The notes: a model not told the origin generated them from the letters alone. A stretch of 64,000 nt of DNA from Methanoregulaceae archaeon (GCA_041305745.1 JBFYKV010000114.1:883-64882), one strand, 5' to 3'; positions 20,518 to 30,728 are shown, counted from the first letter of the stretch. Made by a program: numbers and translations.

Positions 20518-21460
20518 CCGGCATTATTTTTGAGAAGGGTACATTTCCTGCACCGATCTCTGTTTTAATCGGGATCCCTTTCTCGACGGTGCCTGCAATA
20601 AAGTTCATACCGGAAAACGAGACGATGGAGAGCCGGTACGGGTTATAGGCAAGGTTGAAGACCTTTGTTCCCATTGTAACAGGAAAGACGAACCCGCATT
20701 TCTGCATCTCGTCAATCGTCTCTTTCACCAGTTTTTCTGCAGATAGTGGTACTTCACGGACATTTGCAAGTGCAATGCCTGACCCTGACGTGACAACATC
20801 CGAAAGCGAGGTCAGCCCGGCGGAGATGAAAAGTTGCAGGGGGTCGATCGTGGTACCCCGGTACCCGATGAGATCAGTGAACTTCTCGGGTTCGTTCTCC
20901 TTCAGCGACAACCGGCCGCCGAATGCCATCCGGACTGGAATTCCTTTCCGCTGGAATATCCCGTCCATCGTGATGCTGCAGATAGTCATGATCCCGGTAT
21001 GGCCGGACGGTACCCTCGGGTCATTGTCAAGGATGCGATAGGAAGAGAAAAAACCGCATTTTGAGGCGACAACCTTGTCGAAGATATCCTTTACCTCGTC
21101 AATCCGTTCTTCCGGGACTATTGAGAGGTTATAGGCCACATCACCTGTCATGGTCTCCGGACTGAAGGTACTCCGGAAGGCAAGACGCTCAAGCTTAGAG
21201 ATAATAAATCCTATCCTGTCGCCGACAAGCGCACTCTCGGTCTCGGATATGCCGTAATCCGTGAGGATGCGCCCCATGTTCCCCACTTTTTCGGTAAATC
21301 CCATGTCATCAAGGTAGCGGAGATAATACTGGACTGCACGGTCGCTTAATACAAATCCACGTTCCGCCATGAGTTCGCTTAAGCGTTTTGCTCCCATCGG
21401 GTCCTTGTGTTCCTTTAATATCCGGAGAATCTCTATGTATTTTCGCTCAGTTCGCAACAT
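20510..21460 (-). CDS. nrpR: NrpR-family nitrogen repressor (winged HTH + one NrpR/DUF128 domain)
   Basis: 316 aa with N-terminal wHTH YIEILRILKEHKDPMGAKRLSELMAERGFVLSDRAVQYYLRYLDDMGF, followed by one DUF128-type domain. Confidence 0.7.
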   Translation of the reverse strand: MLRTERKYIEILRILKEHKDPMGAKRLSELMAERGFVLSDRAVQYYLRYLDDMGFTEKVGNMGRILTDYGISETESALVGDRIGFIISKLERLAFRSTFSPETMTGDVAYNLSIVPEERIDEVKDIFDKVVASKCGFFSSYRILDNDPRVPSGHTGIMTICSITMDGIFQRKGIPVRMAFGGRLSLKENEPEKFTDLIGYRGTTIDPLQLFISAGLTSLSDVVTSGSGIALANVREVPLSAEKLVKETIDEMQKCGFVFPVTMGTKVFNLAYNPYRLSIVSFSGMNFIAGTVEKGIPIKTEIGAGNVPFSKIMPVI

Positions 21461-21462
21461 GG

Positions 21463-21912
21463 TTATCTTGCCTCCACCGCTCCATTACTGTCCTGGTATC
21501 GCCCGTTATACATCTGGTCGCCGTTATATACCTGGTGAAGTATCATCTGCACCACCCGGTCGTTTTTTCGAAGCGCAATGTGTTCCACCCCCATGTTTAC
21601 CAGGCAGAGTGTCAGCTGCCCGCGGAATCCCGGATCGACAAAACCTGCCGCGATCAGTACTCCCCGCCTTCCGAATGATGACCTGCACCGGAGCGTTGCC
21701 GCGATGTCTGCAGGGAGTTCCACCCACTCCATGCTGTGGACCAGTGTGCAGACCTTCGCCGGCAGGACGACATCTCCTGCGACCCTGAGGTCGTACGAGG
21801 CCGGCTGCTGGCATTCATCACTGTACGGCCTGATGACCAGGTCTCCCTCCTCGCTGCTCTCTCCAAGACGACGGGTTATTTCACGGGATGACAGGATCAT
21901 ATCACAGATCAA
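21463..21912 (-). CDS. dut: dCTP deaminase/dUTPase-family protein (probable archaeal dUTP diphosphatase)
   Basis: 149 aa, PASYDLRV...GFVDPGFRGQLTLCLVN...I. The start may be the ATG four codons downstream. Confidence 0.75.
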   Translation of the reverse strand: MICDMILSSREITRRLGESSEEGDLVIRPYSDECQQPASYDLRVAGDVVLPAKVCTLVHSMEWVELPADIAATLRCRSSFGRRGVLIAAGFVDPGFRGQLTLCLVNMGVEHIALRKNDRVVQMILHQVYNGDQMYNGRYQDSNGAVEAR

Positions 21913-21956
21913 TACTTCTGAAAACGCTTAATATCTTGTGATGCGTAAACGTGAGA

Positions 21957-22028
21957 GGATCCATAGGGTAGAGGACATCCTCTTGGGCTTCGAACCCAAG
22001 GACGCGGGTTCGATTCCCGCTGGGTCCG
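21957..22028 (+). tRNA. tRNA-Arg (anticodon TCG)
   Basis: Hand-folded cloverleaf. Acceptor GGAUCCA/UGGGUCC, anticodon arm UUGGG-CUUCGAA-CCCAA, T arm GCGGG-UUCGAUU-CCCGC, discriminator G. No encoded CCA. Confidence 0.85.
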
Positions 22029-22042
22029 TCCTTTTAAAAAAG

Positions 22043-22063
22043 AAGCGGGGAGAGCCCCCGCTT
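22043..22063 (-). terminator. hairpin plus oligo-T, putative terminator
   Basis: AAGCGGGG-agagc-CCCCGCTT, a perfect 8 bp stem. On the minus strand it is followed by CTTCTTTTTT. A second perfect 11 bp hairpin lies at 22190-22216. Confidence 0.3.
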
Positions 22064-22330
22064 ATTCAGGTTTGATATAAATCCTTTTTTTATGAAGTCT
22101 CTGGTATCACTTGATTTCTGAAAAAATAAAAAAACACCCATGAAAACTATGTTCACAGGCCTTACTTATGAAAAACAAGGGGATTTAATATGAAAATGTC
22201 CCCCTGACATTTTCATCCTGTATGCTTGTGGCCCTTTGGCATCATGTCCGTTTTCATGCCAAAAATCAGTGCTCCGGATGCACAGCGATTCTCAATTGAT
22301 TCCCCGTTAAATCCATCCTTTATCTTAGAA

Positions 22331-23728
22331 TCAGAGTCCGCCCCTTCTCATGCGGGTATGTGCGTACCGGTTCTTTCTGCGTATCCAGAGGATGACTCCG
22401 ATCACCGCAGCGATGATGATGATGACAATCGCAACAAGCCCGATATCGATAGGCCGTTCCATGACCAGGGTGACACTTGCCGATGTTTCCTCTTTTGAAA
22501 AGACTTCGGTGACCCCTGCAGGCAGGTACCCCTCTTTTGTCGCATTGATAGTGTACGGGGTGTTTACCTTCACCTGTGTCTCCAGCTGCCCGTGGGTGTC
22601 GGTAGTGCCAATCTCCTTTCCGTTCACCAGGATGGTCACGTCATCCACCATCTTTTCGTCCGGCTGCAGGGTAAAGATCGTAAGGTCAATGGTCTTGTAG
22701 GAAAGCTCGACCGTTATGTCCTGGCCCTGTGCGTTAATTAACAGGGGGACATGACTGTCGGCATACTCCCCTGCAGAAACGGTAAGGTTGTAATCGCCTC
22801 CCAGGTACCCTTCCAGTGTCAGCCTGCCGAATTTATTGGTGCCCCCGGCCTCTTTACCATTGATCTTCACGACAGCCCCTTCGATCGGTTCTTTATTTTC
22901 GTCAAACACCGAGACAAAGACGTTGTACGGTTTTTTTGCGAGGAGTATCGTCACAAGGGCCTCGTCTTTTCCGATGACCTGCCTTCCGTTATAGTCCTGG
23001 TACCCTTCCTTCCTGACCCTGAAATTATAGACCTTCTCGCGTGGCAGTTGCAGCGTGATCGCCCCGCGTGAATCGGTCATTCCCCGGACAACCCCTTCGA
23101 TGGAAACTTCGGCGCCACTCAGCGGAAGGCCGGTCACATCATCTTTTACCACGAGTGCAAACCGGTCATCACGGAAGAGCCAGTACTGGACCTGCCTGCT
23201 GTCAGTTCCCATTTCAACAGTTGCAGCACGCGACTGGTAATTCATCGCCTTGATATCAAGAGTGTAGATCTCTTCGGCCCTGACTGCAAACGAAGCCGAA
23301 CCGTTCAGGTCCGTGATGACGGATCCGGTGGAACCCCCGCCACTTACCTGGACCTGTGCCCCTGCAAGGGGGTCGAGTGTATCGGCATCATACACCTTTG
23401 TTTCAAGGGTCAGGTTTTTCCTGAAGAGTTCGACCTGCAGGTAGGTCAGGTTTGGATCAAGTATCTGGGAAAAATCGTCATATCCAGGCTTTTCTACCCT
23501 GATCGAGATGGCAGACATCCCGGGATGGCTGAAATCAAGGTTTCCTGACGAATCGGTCTTCCCTATCAGTGCACCGTCTGCGTAGATCGATGCCTGCGAT
23601 ATCAGGGAAATATTTCCGTCCTTTTCATACACGTTCACAAGTGTGGTCGCAGCCTGTGCTGCCGCAACGAAGAAGAGAACAGAAACGAGGAGAATGAGCA
23701 CACCGCTTCTCGCACTATCCATAATCAC
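22331..23728 (-). CDS. secreted, C-terminally membrane-anchored protein with tandem PEGA/carboxypeptidase-regulatory-like beta-sandwich repeats
   Basis: 465 aa. Signal peptide (VLILLVSVLFFVAAAQA), then 5-6 repeats of about 70 aa of the type V.V.D..T..PL.GA.V...G...G.TD..G, then a C-terminal TM helix plus basic tail. Confidence 0.7.
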   Translation of the reverse strand: MIMDSARSGVLILLVSVLFFVAAAQAATTLVNVYEKDGNISLISQASIYADGALIGKTDSSGNLDFSHPGMSAISIRVEKPGYDDFSQILDPNLTYLQVELFRKNLTLETKVYDADTLDPLAGAQVQVSGGGSTGSVITDLNGSASFAVRAEEIYTLDIKAMNYQSRAATVEMGTDSRQVQYWLFRDDRFALVVKDDVTGLPLSGAEVSIEGVVRGMTDSRGAITLQLPREKVYNFRVRKEGYQDYNGRQVIGKDEALVTILLAKKPYNVFVSVFDENKEPIEGAVVKINGKEAGGTNKFGRLTLEGYLGGDYNLTVSAGEYADSHVPLLINAQGQDITVELSYKTIDLTIFTLQPDEKMVDDVTILVNGKEIGTTDTHGQLETQVKVNTPYTINATKEGYLPAGVTEVFSKEETSASVTLVMERPIDIGLVAIVIIIIAAVIGVILWIRRKNRYAHTRMRRGGL

Positions 23729-23812
23729 ATATCATTCCTGCACCTATATGAGCACATTGGTCAATTCCTGACATAATATGAAGATTAACAGGCTATAAAA
23801 ATAAAGGGCGCA

Positions 23813-25339
23813 TTATTCCCACTTTGATTCGTGGGGAACCCGGTCAAGGAGCATCCCCTCCACGACGACAGGCATCAGGCTCCGGCCCTCCTCGATTGCC
23901 TTCTGAAGCCTCCAGCTCCGGTCAGCATAGATAGTAAATATGGGCTCTCCGGCTTTTACCCTGCTCCCCTTCTTTGCGTGGAGTAAAAGACCTGCGCCGC
24001 GGTCATGTGGTGCACCCGCAGTGCGTGCAAGACTTATCAGTGACCTGTTGTTTAACTCGATGACGTACCCGGTTGCCGGAGCCTTTACCACGAATTCGTA
24101 CTGGCCAGGCATGATATCATCTGATTTCACGTTCGGGTCACCGCCCTGGATCTCAATAATCTGCCTGAATTTTTTCAGGGCCTCTCCGTTCTGGATAAGC
24201 TGGAGTGCCGCCTTGCTTCCCATGTCACGCGATGCCTTGCCTGCCATCTCGAGGGCAATTCCGGCGATTGATACGCTCTTTTGTATGAGTGACCCCGGCA
24301 CTTCGGCCCCCTCCAGTACACGGAGTGCCTCACGGACTTCAAGATTTGCGCCGATTGCCCTGCCAACCGGTGAATCTCCATATGTGAGGGCGCATTCGAC
24401 ACGCATGTTCAGACGGTCCCCGAGTTCGATAAATTCACGGGCCAGTTTCCGTCCCTCCTGGACGGTCTCCACCTTTGCATGGGCTCCGACCGGGATATCG
24501 ATGACAACAAGGTCCGCACCGACTGCAAATTTTTTTGCCATGACACTCGCCAGCATCTGGCCGCGGGCATCAATCCTGAACGGATATTCCTGGATGATGA
24601 TCTTGTCATCAGCGGGTGCGATATTTGTCGCACCTCCCCAGACAATCGCTCCCCCGACTTTCATTGTCATCTGCTGGACTTCTGTTGCTGAAAATTCAAC
24701 AGGTGCCAGTACCTCCATCAGGTCGGCTGTGCCTCCTGCCCCGGTAATTGCCCTCGAACTTGTTTTTGGTATTTTCAGCCCGCTCGCTGCAATGACGGGT
24801 ACAACGATTAAGGATATTTTATTCCCGGGCACGCCACCAATGGAATGCTTGTCGACAATCGGATGGGTATGGAACTTGATCTGTTCTCCGGTGTCCACCA
24901 TCGCCCGTGTGAGGTGTTCAACCTCGTCCATGTCGAGGGCATGGATATAGCTCGCCGTGATATATGCCGTAAGTTCTGCAGGGCTGATATCGTCACTTAC
25001 GACATCCTTAATGATTGCATAGGTCTCTTCACTGGAAAGCTTCTCCCCGTCCATCTTCTTTTTTATATACTGAAGGGAGGCAGGACGTTCAGCAATACGG
25101 ACCTCCACCGTATCACCGTCACTGACTCCAAGCCGTTCGTTTGTAATCCGGTAAATTCCGATGGTTCCCCGCGGTAACAGGGAGGCAGTAGTGTCGACAA
25201 ACGCGGCGACTGACACTCCCCGTGTCTCGTTAAGGATCTGGACACGGTCGCTTGCCAGTACCCCGATATTTCTGGCATCCTCAAGGTTGAGCATGACTTC
25301 GCGGGTTCCGATATCAACTAATTTTACGGTGAGCTTCAT
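23813..25339 (-). CDS. deoA: AMP phosphorylase (thymidine phosphorylase family, DeoA type)
   Basis: ORF-track frame 23813..25423 trimmed to [27 protein letters not shown]... (508 aa; the alternative ATG is at 25351). Carries the AMP-phosphorylase-type N-terminal extension and [14 protein letters not shown]. Confidence 0.8.
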   Translation of the reverse strand: MKLTVKLVDIGTREVMLNLEDARNIGVLASDRVQILNETRGVSVAAFVDTTASLLPRGTIGIYRITNERLGVSDGDTVEVRIAERPASLQYIKKKMDGEKLSSEETYAIIKDVVSDDISPAELTAYITASYIHALDMDEVEHLTRAMVDTGEQIKFHTHPIVDKHSIGGVPGNKISLIVVPVIAASGLKIPKTSSRAITGAGGTADLMEVLAPVEFSATEVQQMTMKVGGAIVWGGATNIAPADDKIIIQEYPFRIDARGQMLASVMAKKFAVGADLVVIDIPVGAHAKVETVQEGRKLAREFIELGDRLNMRVECALTYGDSPVGRAIGANLEVREALRVLEGAEVPGSLIQKSVSIAGIALEMAGKASRDMGSKAALQLIQNGEALKKFRQIIEIQGGDPNVKSDDIMPGQYEFVVKAPATGYVIELNNRSLISLARTAGAPHDRGAGLLLHAKKGSRVKAGEPIFTIYADRSWRLQKAIEEGRSLMPVVVEGMLLDRVPHESKWE

Positions 25340-25922
25340 GGCCTTTTGCATCCCCGGTACCGGTAGTGCCCTGATCGAAAAATGCGATCGGAAAAACCGG
25401 ATTGTGGTGTTTATCTTACACATTTTATGGTAAAGGGTCCCATATATGTTCTTCCTTGCAGGAGATCGCGGACAAGGCCCTTTTCCTGACCGGTCGAATC
25501 GTCACCGGTCGCACTTTTTAGCATATACCCATAACCCGCGGGATGAACCTGCTGGCCGGAGTACCATTCATGGTGTCCTGCTCAGATGGTTCTGGCAGGA
25601 ACGCGGATAATTCCGGGACCTGCCCTGTTTTTCCCTGCCAAAAGAGTCTTTTGGGATATATTCAGGAAAGAACATACAAAGATCTCATATTCCAGACCCT
25701 TTTTGCATCTCATCAGGATAGTAAGGTAAACCGGGTTGAAATTTGAGGACAATTCCTTCAAATGTGTTCCGTAAACGTTCTGATACGTGCGAATGTTTTA
25801 AAATTCTGCAGAAACACATTTCCGGAAAACCGGGTTTTTACAGTATTCTGGCAGGTGGAGAGCGTATACTCATCCACACAATTCCGATAATCGAATTTTT
25901 TAAAAAAAGTTTGGGTTTTGGT

Positions 25923-28460
25923 TTAGTTCTTGCGAACGATGAGGAATGCAACTGCTCCAAGGCCGACAAGTGCGATCAGTGCACCAAATCCGGGCGTCGT
26001 TGTGGGCGCGGTGGTCGGTGCGGTGGTCGGAACTGTGGTTGGTGCGGTTGTCACTACAGTTGGCGGTGCGGTGGTCGGTACGGTGGTCGGCTTGACTTCC
26101 ACAACGTTGAAGAGTGCGGATGCAGTCTGGCTGACGGTGATACCTGATACCTGCACGATGTACTCATCGGGCTTGAAGGTGGTTGCGTCTACCGGGAACT
26201 CCCAGGTGTTGAATCCGTCGGTTCCCTTGGCGACCTTCACGGTGCCGGTTGCGCCACTGAATTCACCGCTCTGGGTCTTGGTGGTTGGTGCGAAGGATGA
26301 TGAAACAACTTCGACGAGGAGCTCGTCGTCAACGGCCAGGTTGGTGGTTCCGCTGAGGGTGAACTTGTCTCCTACGACCTTCTCGCCAATCGGGTTGATC
26401 CTGATTACAGGTGCCTCGATGAGGAACTGCAGCTTGGTGTAGGTGTCGTCAACACTCGGGTTGTCGAGTGCAGTGACAAGTGCCTCTGCTGCATCGGATC
26501 CCTGCAGGCTGCCTGGTCCCATGAGCTTGAATATAATGTTGTTCGTAGTGGTCGGATCCGGGTATGGTCCAACAACGTTGTTACCCAGCGGGTATACATC
26601 GAGCCTGTCGTTGTACATTGGGTGCTGTGCGACCACGAAGTACTGACCTGCTGCCATGTTTGCAGTGGTTCCGTCAGTTACTTCGTATTCGAAGGTTGAG
26701 TCGGAGTTAACACTCTCTGTGGTATACAGAACGTAGTTCTTGCCGAGGATCCAGACTGCAATACCGGTTGAGGGGTTGCCTTCTGCAGTTCCGCGGATGT
26801 AGAACTTGTCGCCTGCTGCAACGGTGGACTGTGATGCAACTGCAGATATGAACGGCTTCCTGACGATCAGGGAGACGGTTGCATACTGGGTGTTGCCGAG
26901 GTTGTCACGGTTGTTCGGGGTTGCAACAGCGTATATGGTGTAAGTACCTGCATCGATGTTGAGGTTTGAAGTCTGCCACTTGAACTCCCATGTGTTGTCG
27001 TCCTGGACGTCAGCACGGGTAAAGGAGGCTTCAACACCATCAACAACGGGTGTACGCGGGTCAGTCAGCTTGCCACCGGCGGTTGGAAGGTTCGGTCCGG
27101 TGATGAACATGTAGGTGTAGTCAGTCTCTGAGTTGGTACCGGAAAGCTTGACTTCCTGTCCCATGAAGTAGCTCTGGTCGCCTGCTGCAACAACAGTCAC
27201 GGTTCCCTTCTCTACCTTGACATCGACTTCGTCAGACTTGTACTGTCCTGCGTCCTCTCTCTCGACACGGATGGTGTACTTCTTGTCCTTGGTGTCCTGG
27301 CTGGTCTGCCATCCGACGGTACGGGTACCGCTGGTGGAGGTCTTGATACTTGCATAGTAGTAGACACCGTTGTACGGGAAGCTCGGTACGTCTTCCTTGA
27401 TAGTCCGTCCTGCGCCACCCTCGTACTGGTAGCTACCAATGGTGTATGGTCCGCCAATCGGGTCGTTGGTTACGCTGTCCTGGTCCTGAACGAGGATCGG
27501 GGGCATGTCGGTTGCAGTTCCGGTCATCTGTCCGGTTCCCTTTACCCACAGGTAGTAGGAAGTGCTGGGGCGGCCGGTGATGGTCACTGAGAACGGGTTG
27601 CCGCGGACGACTGAGTCCTTGGATGCCTCGATCTTTACAGTGTCGGATGCAATGGTGATGGTCCGGGTTGCTGAAATGGTCTTTCCAGTGTAGTCAGAGC
27701 CATCGGGTGCCTTGTAGTTGTCCTTCATGCCGTTGACGTTGCACTCTGCCCAGCAGGTGAATACGCCGGACTTGTACATCCTTGCGCCCTGTGCGTCAAG
27801 GGCTCCGGTGTTCCACCCTGCATAGGGTGTGGTTGCGCCAACGAGAGGTGCGGTTGAGACCCAGTAGAATGGCTGTGCATTCAGGTTGATGCTGGTCAGC
27901 GGGATCGAGATGGTTGTATCCTGGAAGAGGGCGGTGTAGACTGCACCGTCGGCGGTCTTGACCTTGATTTTGACCTGCCCGTCAGTTGCGGGGTTGTATC
28001 CGGCACGGTTTGCGATGGAATACAGGTTGCTCTCAATCCTGAAGTTCTCGATGTTGCCAGCAGGCACTGATTTGCCTGTAACATCCTTCTGTGAGTTCTG
28101 GTCCCAGACCTTGATCTCGATAGACGGGTCTACGACGTTGAACGCAAGTCCCTGGTTTGCACCGTTCCACCGGTACCAGTTTCCAGTCTTGCCTACAAAG
28201 CTTGCAGGTGCGATGTAGAACGCAGTTGCGCTGCCTACATCAATAACTGAGTTAGGTACGTCGGTGTTGGGGTTAGTTCCTGATGCGAACCATGCAATCT
28301 TGGGGTTTCCGGCTACTGCGGCGGTAACATCAAGATTCTGTTCGCCAATGAACACATCATCACCCTGATTGATTACATTTACAACTGCTGCAGCTGGCAG
28401 AATGAGAAGTGCCAGTGCCATGCATGCAATCAATACAAGGCTTAATCGCTTAGTCATCAT
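25923..28460 (-). CDS. S-layer glycoprotein, Methanomicrobiales type, with PGF-CTERM archaeosortase sorting signal
   Basis: 845 aa. Signal peptide, a large Thr/Asn-rich extracellular region, a Pro/Thr linker (PTTVPTTAPPTVVTTAPTTVPTTAPTTAPTTT), then PGFGALIALVGLGAVAFLIVRKN. A strong SD GGAGG (plus 28467-28471) lies 7 nt from the ATG. Confidence 0.85.
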   Translation of the reverse strand: MMTKRLSLVLIACMALALLILPAAAVVNVINQGDDVFIGEQNLDVTAAVAGNPKIAWFASGTNPNTDVPNSVIDVGSATAFYIAPASFVGKTGNWYRWNGANQGLAFNVVDPSIEIKVWDQNSQKDVTGKSVPAGNIENFRIESNLYSIANRAGYNPATDGQVKIKVKTADGAVYTALFQDTTISIPLTSINLNAQPFYWVSTAPLVGATTPYAGWNTGALDAQGARMYKSGVFTCWAECNVNGMKDNYKAPDGSDYTGKTISATRTITIASDTVKIEASKDSVVRGNPFSVTITGRPSTSYYLWVKGTGQMTGTATDMPPILVQDQDSVTNDPIGGPYTIGSYQYEGGAGRTIKEDVPSFPYNGVYYYASIKTSTSGTRTVGWQTSQDTKDKKYTIRVEREDAGQYKSDEVDVKVEKGTVTVVAAGDQSYFMGQEVKLSGTNSETDYTYMFITGPNLPTAGGKLTDPRTPVVDGVEASFTRADVQDDNTWEFKWQTSNLNIDAGTYTIYAVATPNNRDNLGNTQYATVSLIVRKPFISAVASQSTVAAGDKFYIRGTAEGNPSTGIAVWILGKNYVLYTTESVNSDSTFEYEVTDGTTANMAAGQYFVVAQHPMYNDRLDVYPLGNNVVGPYPDPTTTNNIIFKLMGPGSLQGSDAAEALVTALDNPSVDDTYTKLQFLIEAPVIRINPIGEKVVGDKFTLSGTTNLAVDDELLVEVVSSSFAPTTKTQSGEFSGATGTVKVAKGTDGFNTWEFPVDATTFKPDEYIVQVSGITVSQTASALFNVVEVKPTTVPTTAPPTVVTTAPTTVPTTAPTTAPTTTPGFGALIALVGLGAVAFLIVRKN
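26008..26090. repeat. imperfect 12-nt tandem repeats encoding the Pro/Thr linker of the S-layer protein
   Basis: GCGGTGGTCGG occurs at 26008, 26020 and 26068, and ACGGTGGTCGG at 26080. Confidence 0.6.
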
Positions 28461-28605
28461 ATTAGTCCTCCTTACTCAATGTCCAAATTCTGAACGTTCA
28501 AATCCAATGCACACAGACTGAACCTTCTTCGACACATGCCGAATAGCGGTTCATAGTGCTCCATACTCCGAATAACGGAATATGATTCAATATTAGTGGA
28601 ACACT

Positions 28606-28613
28606 TAATATAT
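28606..28613 (-). promoter_or_regulatory. TATA-box-like element upstream of the S-layer gene
   Basis: The minus strand reads AAAAAAGATATATTAAG. It lies about 150 nt upstream of the ATG, which would give a long 5' UTR. Confidence 0.35.
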
Positions 28614-28908
28614 CTTTTTTGGTCGGGAACACATGAAGACCGGGGGCATAACGGGAATAAATCGACGATTGGTATGTTGCAGGCTGTTTTTTCGGGTCAT
28701 GGATGCCCGGGATATCAGATACCTGCCGTTGCCCCCAGAACGGGGGATTTGGTGTACGCGCACACAAATTTAAAGGTTCTCGGTGCGTAAATATAAAAAA
28801 TAACCTGATCCTGCTCCTGCTGAACCTGTATCCTGTATGGCCTGCCTGACCGGTTCACGAGATACATTTCATAAGGTTTTACCATTCTCCTGCAGTTACA
28901 TACTGCTC

Positions 28909-29619
28909 ATGCGGATCATAAAGGCACCCGGTATTGGCAGGGCCCACGAACTGGTCGTAAAAATGATTCTTGAGAAGGGATGGGTGCTCGATACGGAAGA
29001 CAACGAGGCGACGGTTGAATTTGAGGAGGTGGCGATAAGGATCGATGCACCTTTCAGCGAACCGATGGTAAGTCCGTCATCCAGGTTCCAGAAGCGCTTC
29101 ATGGACAAGTATGCAGACGACCTTATCAGCGGTTCAAAGTCGGTCTTTGAATATGACTACCACGACCGGCTCTTTAACTGGGGAACCGGGCTTACCTCCG
29201 GGGGACGGGACGTGCATGTCAACCAGGTGGATTATATAATAGAGAAACTCTCGCGGGCACCTGAAAGCAGGCGGGCGATAGCTGTTACCTGGAACCCGGT
29301 GAGCGACGAGTCCATGCATGACTGCCCCTGCCTGCAGCTTATGCAGTGCCTTGTCCGCGAAGGGGCACTTCACATGAAGGTCGTATTCAGGAGTAACGAC
29401 ATGCTGACGGCAGCAGGGGCAAATATGTACGCACTCGTACATCTCCAGCGTTTTATTGCAGACCGGCTTGGTCTCCCCTGCGGGTCGTACACCCATATCT
29501 CCCTTGTCCCGCACATCTATTACCGCCGTGACATTAACGACCTCGAACCGTTCTGCGGGAAAGGTACGCTGATAAAACCTGTCCGCGAGGTTTGCGACGC
29601 ATGCGGCAGATGCAGGTGA
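28909..29619 (+). CDS. thyA: thymidylate synthase, archaeal ThyA-like (MJ0757 type)
   Basis: ORF-track frame 28837..29619 trimmed to MRIIKAPGIGRAHELVVKMI... Carries RRAIAVTWNP...CPCLQLMQC and SNDMLTAAGANMY. Confidence 0.75.
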   Translation: MRIIKAPGIGRAHELVVKMILEKGWVLDTEDNEATVEFEEVAIRIDAPFSEPMVSPSSRFQKRFMDKYADDLISGSKSVFEYDYHDRLFNWGTGLTSGGRDVHVNQVDYIIEKLSRAPESRRAIAVTWNPVSDESMHDCPCLQLMQCLVREGALHMKVVFRSNDMLTAAGANMYALVHLQRFIADRLGLPCGSYTHISLVPHIYYRRDINDLEPFCGKGTLIKPVREVCDACGRCR

Positions 29620-29699
29620 AAAACAGGAATTTTTTTAAACTGTCTGCGGCTCAATCAGTCAGGTTAATTAGTCTCCAGAGGTAACAAAGTAAGGTGCAT

Positions 29700-29772
29700 A
29701 GCCCGGTAGTGTAGCGGTCAATCATGTGAGACTCTGGATCTTGCGACAGCAGTTCGAATCTGCTCCGGGCTA
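29700..29772 (+). tRNA. tRNA-Gln (anticodon CTG)
   Basis: Hand fold. Acceptor AGCCCGG/CCGGGCU, anticodon loop CUCUGGA, T arm AGCAG-UUCGAAU-CUGCU, discriminator A. Confidence 0.85.
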
Positions 29773-29846
29773 CTGACTTTTTCTCTTTGTACTGATCTCC
29801 ATGATATCCTCAGGTCGGGAGGCAGGTTTATTCAGATATTTTTACT

Positions 29847-30728
29847 ATGCTCCAACCCGGATTTACTTCCGGCAGAGCCGTGTACATGGACGATATGACA
29901 GACAAAAGGCCATGCAGGGTGGGGTGCAGTGCAGAATCCCCTGAACATGCAATAATCGGGGGACTCGCATCCCTTGTCAGGGACGGCCTGGCAGACCACC
30001 TGCAGGTCGTCATTATTCCGGAGCACCCGCACGAATTTACCCGGACACTTGAGGTCCTGGGCGCCTGCGATGTTCCTGTCATCATACATGCCCCGTACCA
30101 CCGGCACGGACTCAACCCCTGTGCCCCGTATGCATTCTCGGATGAGCCCCGGGCAACAATCGATAAAAACATCGAGACTGCACTTCAGCAGACTGCAGAA
30201 GCCGCTGACGTTACATCATCACCATATATCGTAATGCATGCCGGGCAGTATCCCAAAGGAACAAAGCCGGCCGCAAAAGATGGTTTTGTGTCGTTCATGG
30301 AGTTATACACCGACCCCCGGATGATACTGGAAAACCTTCCGGCACAGTTTTCAGGGGTCCCGATGCTTGGCACCAGCGCTGAAGAACTCATTATGCTGGG
30401 AGAACCCTTCGTATCCGGGTACTGTCTCGACTTCGCACACCTGTATTGTTCATCGAATTTCCATAGCCTTGATTTTGTACAGGAAATCCTTGCTTTCGGT
30501 GCGCTCCCGGTCAGGCTCCACCACCTCTCTTCCTGTTCTGCGGGTTCGGTAAAGGACCAGCATCTCCCCCTGGACCACCCTGATGCCGGACTGCCGCCCG
30601 GACCGGTCATCCGGCGCATCAGGGCTCACCCCGATATCCCTACCAGCCTCGAATATAAGCAGGATTCACGGTTCTATCGCGAACAACTCGCATTCCTGGA
30701 AAAAATGCTTATAAATTATCCCTGGTGA
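29847..30728 (+). CDS. xylose-isomerase-like TIM-barrel protein (sugar phosphate isomerase/epimerase / AP endonuclease 2 family)
   Basis: 293 aa with family-type landmarks VIIHAPY, IVMHAG, ILENL and YCLDFAHL. The start is uncertain (ATGs at codons 1, 14 and 17). Confidence 0.5.
   Translation: MLQPGFTSGRAVYMDDMTDKRPCRVGCSAESPEHAIIGGLASLVRDGLADHLQVVIIPEHPHEFTRTLEVLGACDVPVIIHAPYHRHGLNPCAPYAFSDEPRATIDKNIETALQQTAEAADVTSSPYIVMHAGQYPKGTKPAAKDGFVSFMELYTDPRMILENLPAQFSGVPMLGTSAEELIMLGEPFVSGYCLDFAHLYCSSNFHSLDFVQEILAFGALPVRLHHLSSCSAGSVKDQHLPLDHPDAGLPPGPVIRRIRAHPDIPTSLEYKQDSRFYREQLAFLEKMLINYPW

Noticed and set aside
23940-24950. 336-aa + strand ORF.
   Set aside because: Antisense shadow of the AMP phosphorylase gene; Ser/Pro/Ala/Arg-rich and low complexity.
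25424-25922. 500-bp spacer with small + strand ORFs (25543..25746 and the start of 25743..26147).
   Set aside because: No motifs and no SD. It is plausibly just the S-layer gene terminator plus the deoA promoter region, and I saw no conspicuous structure.
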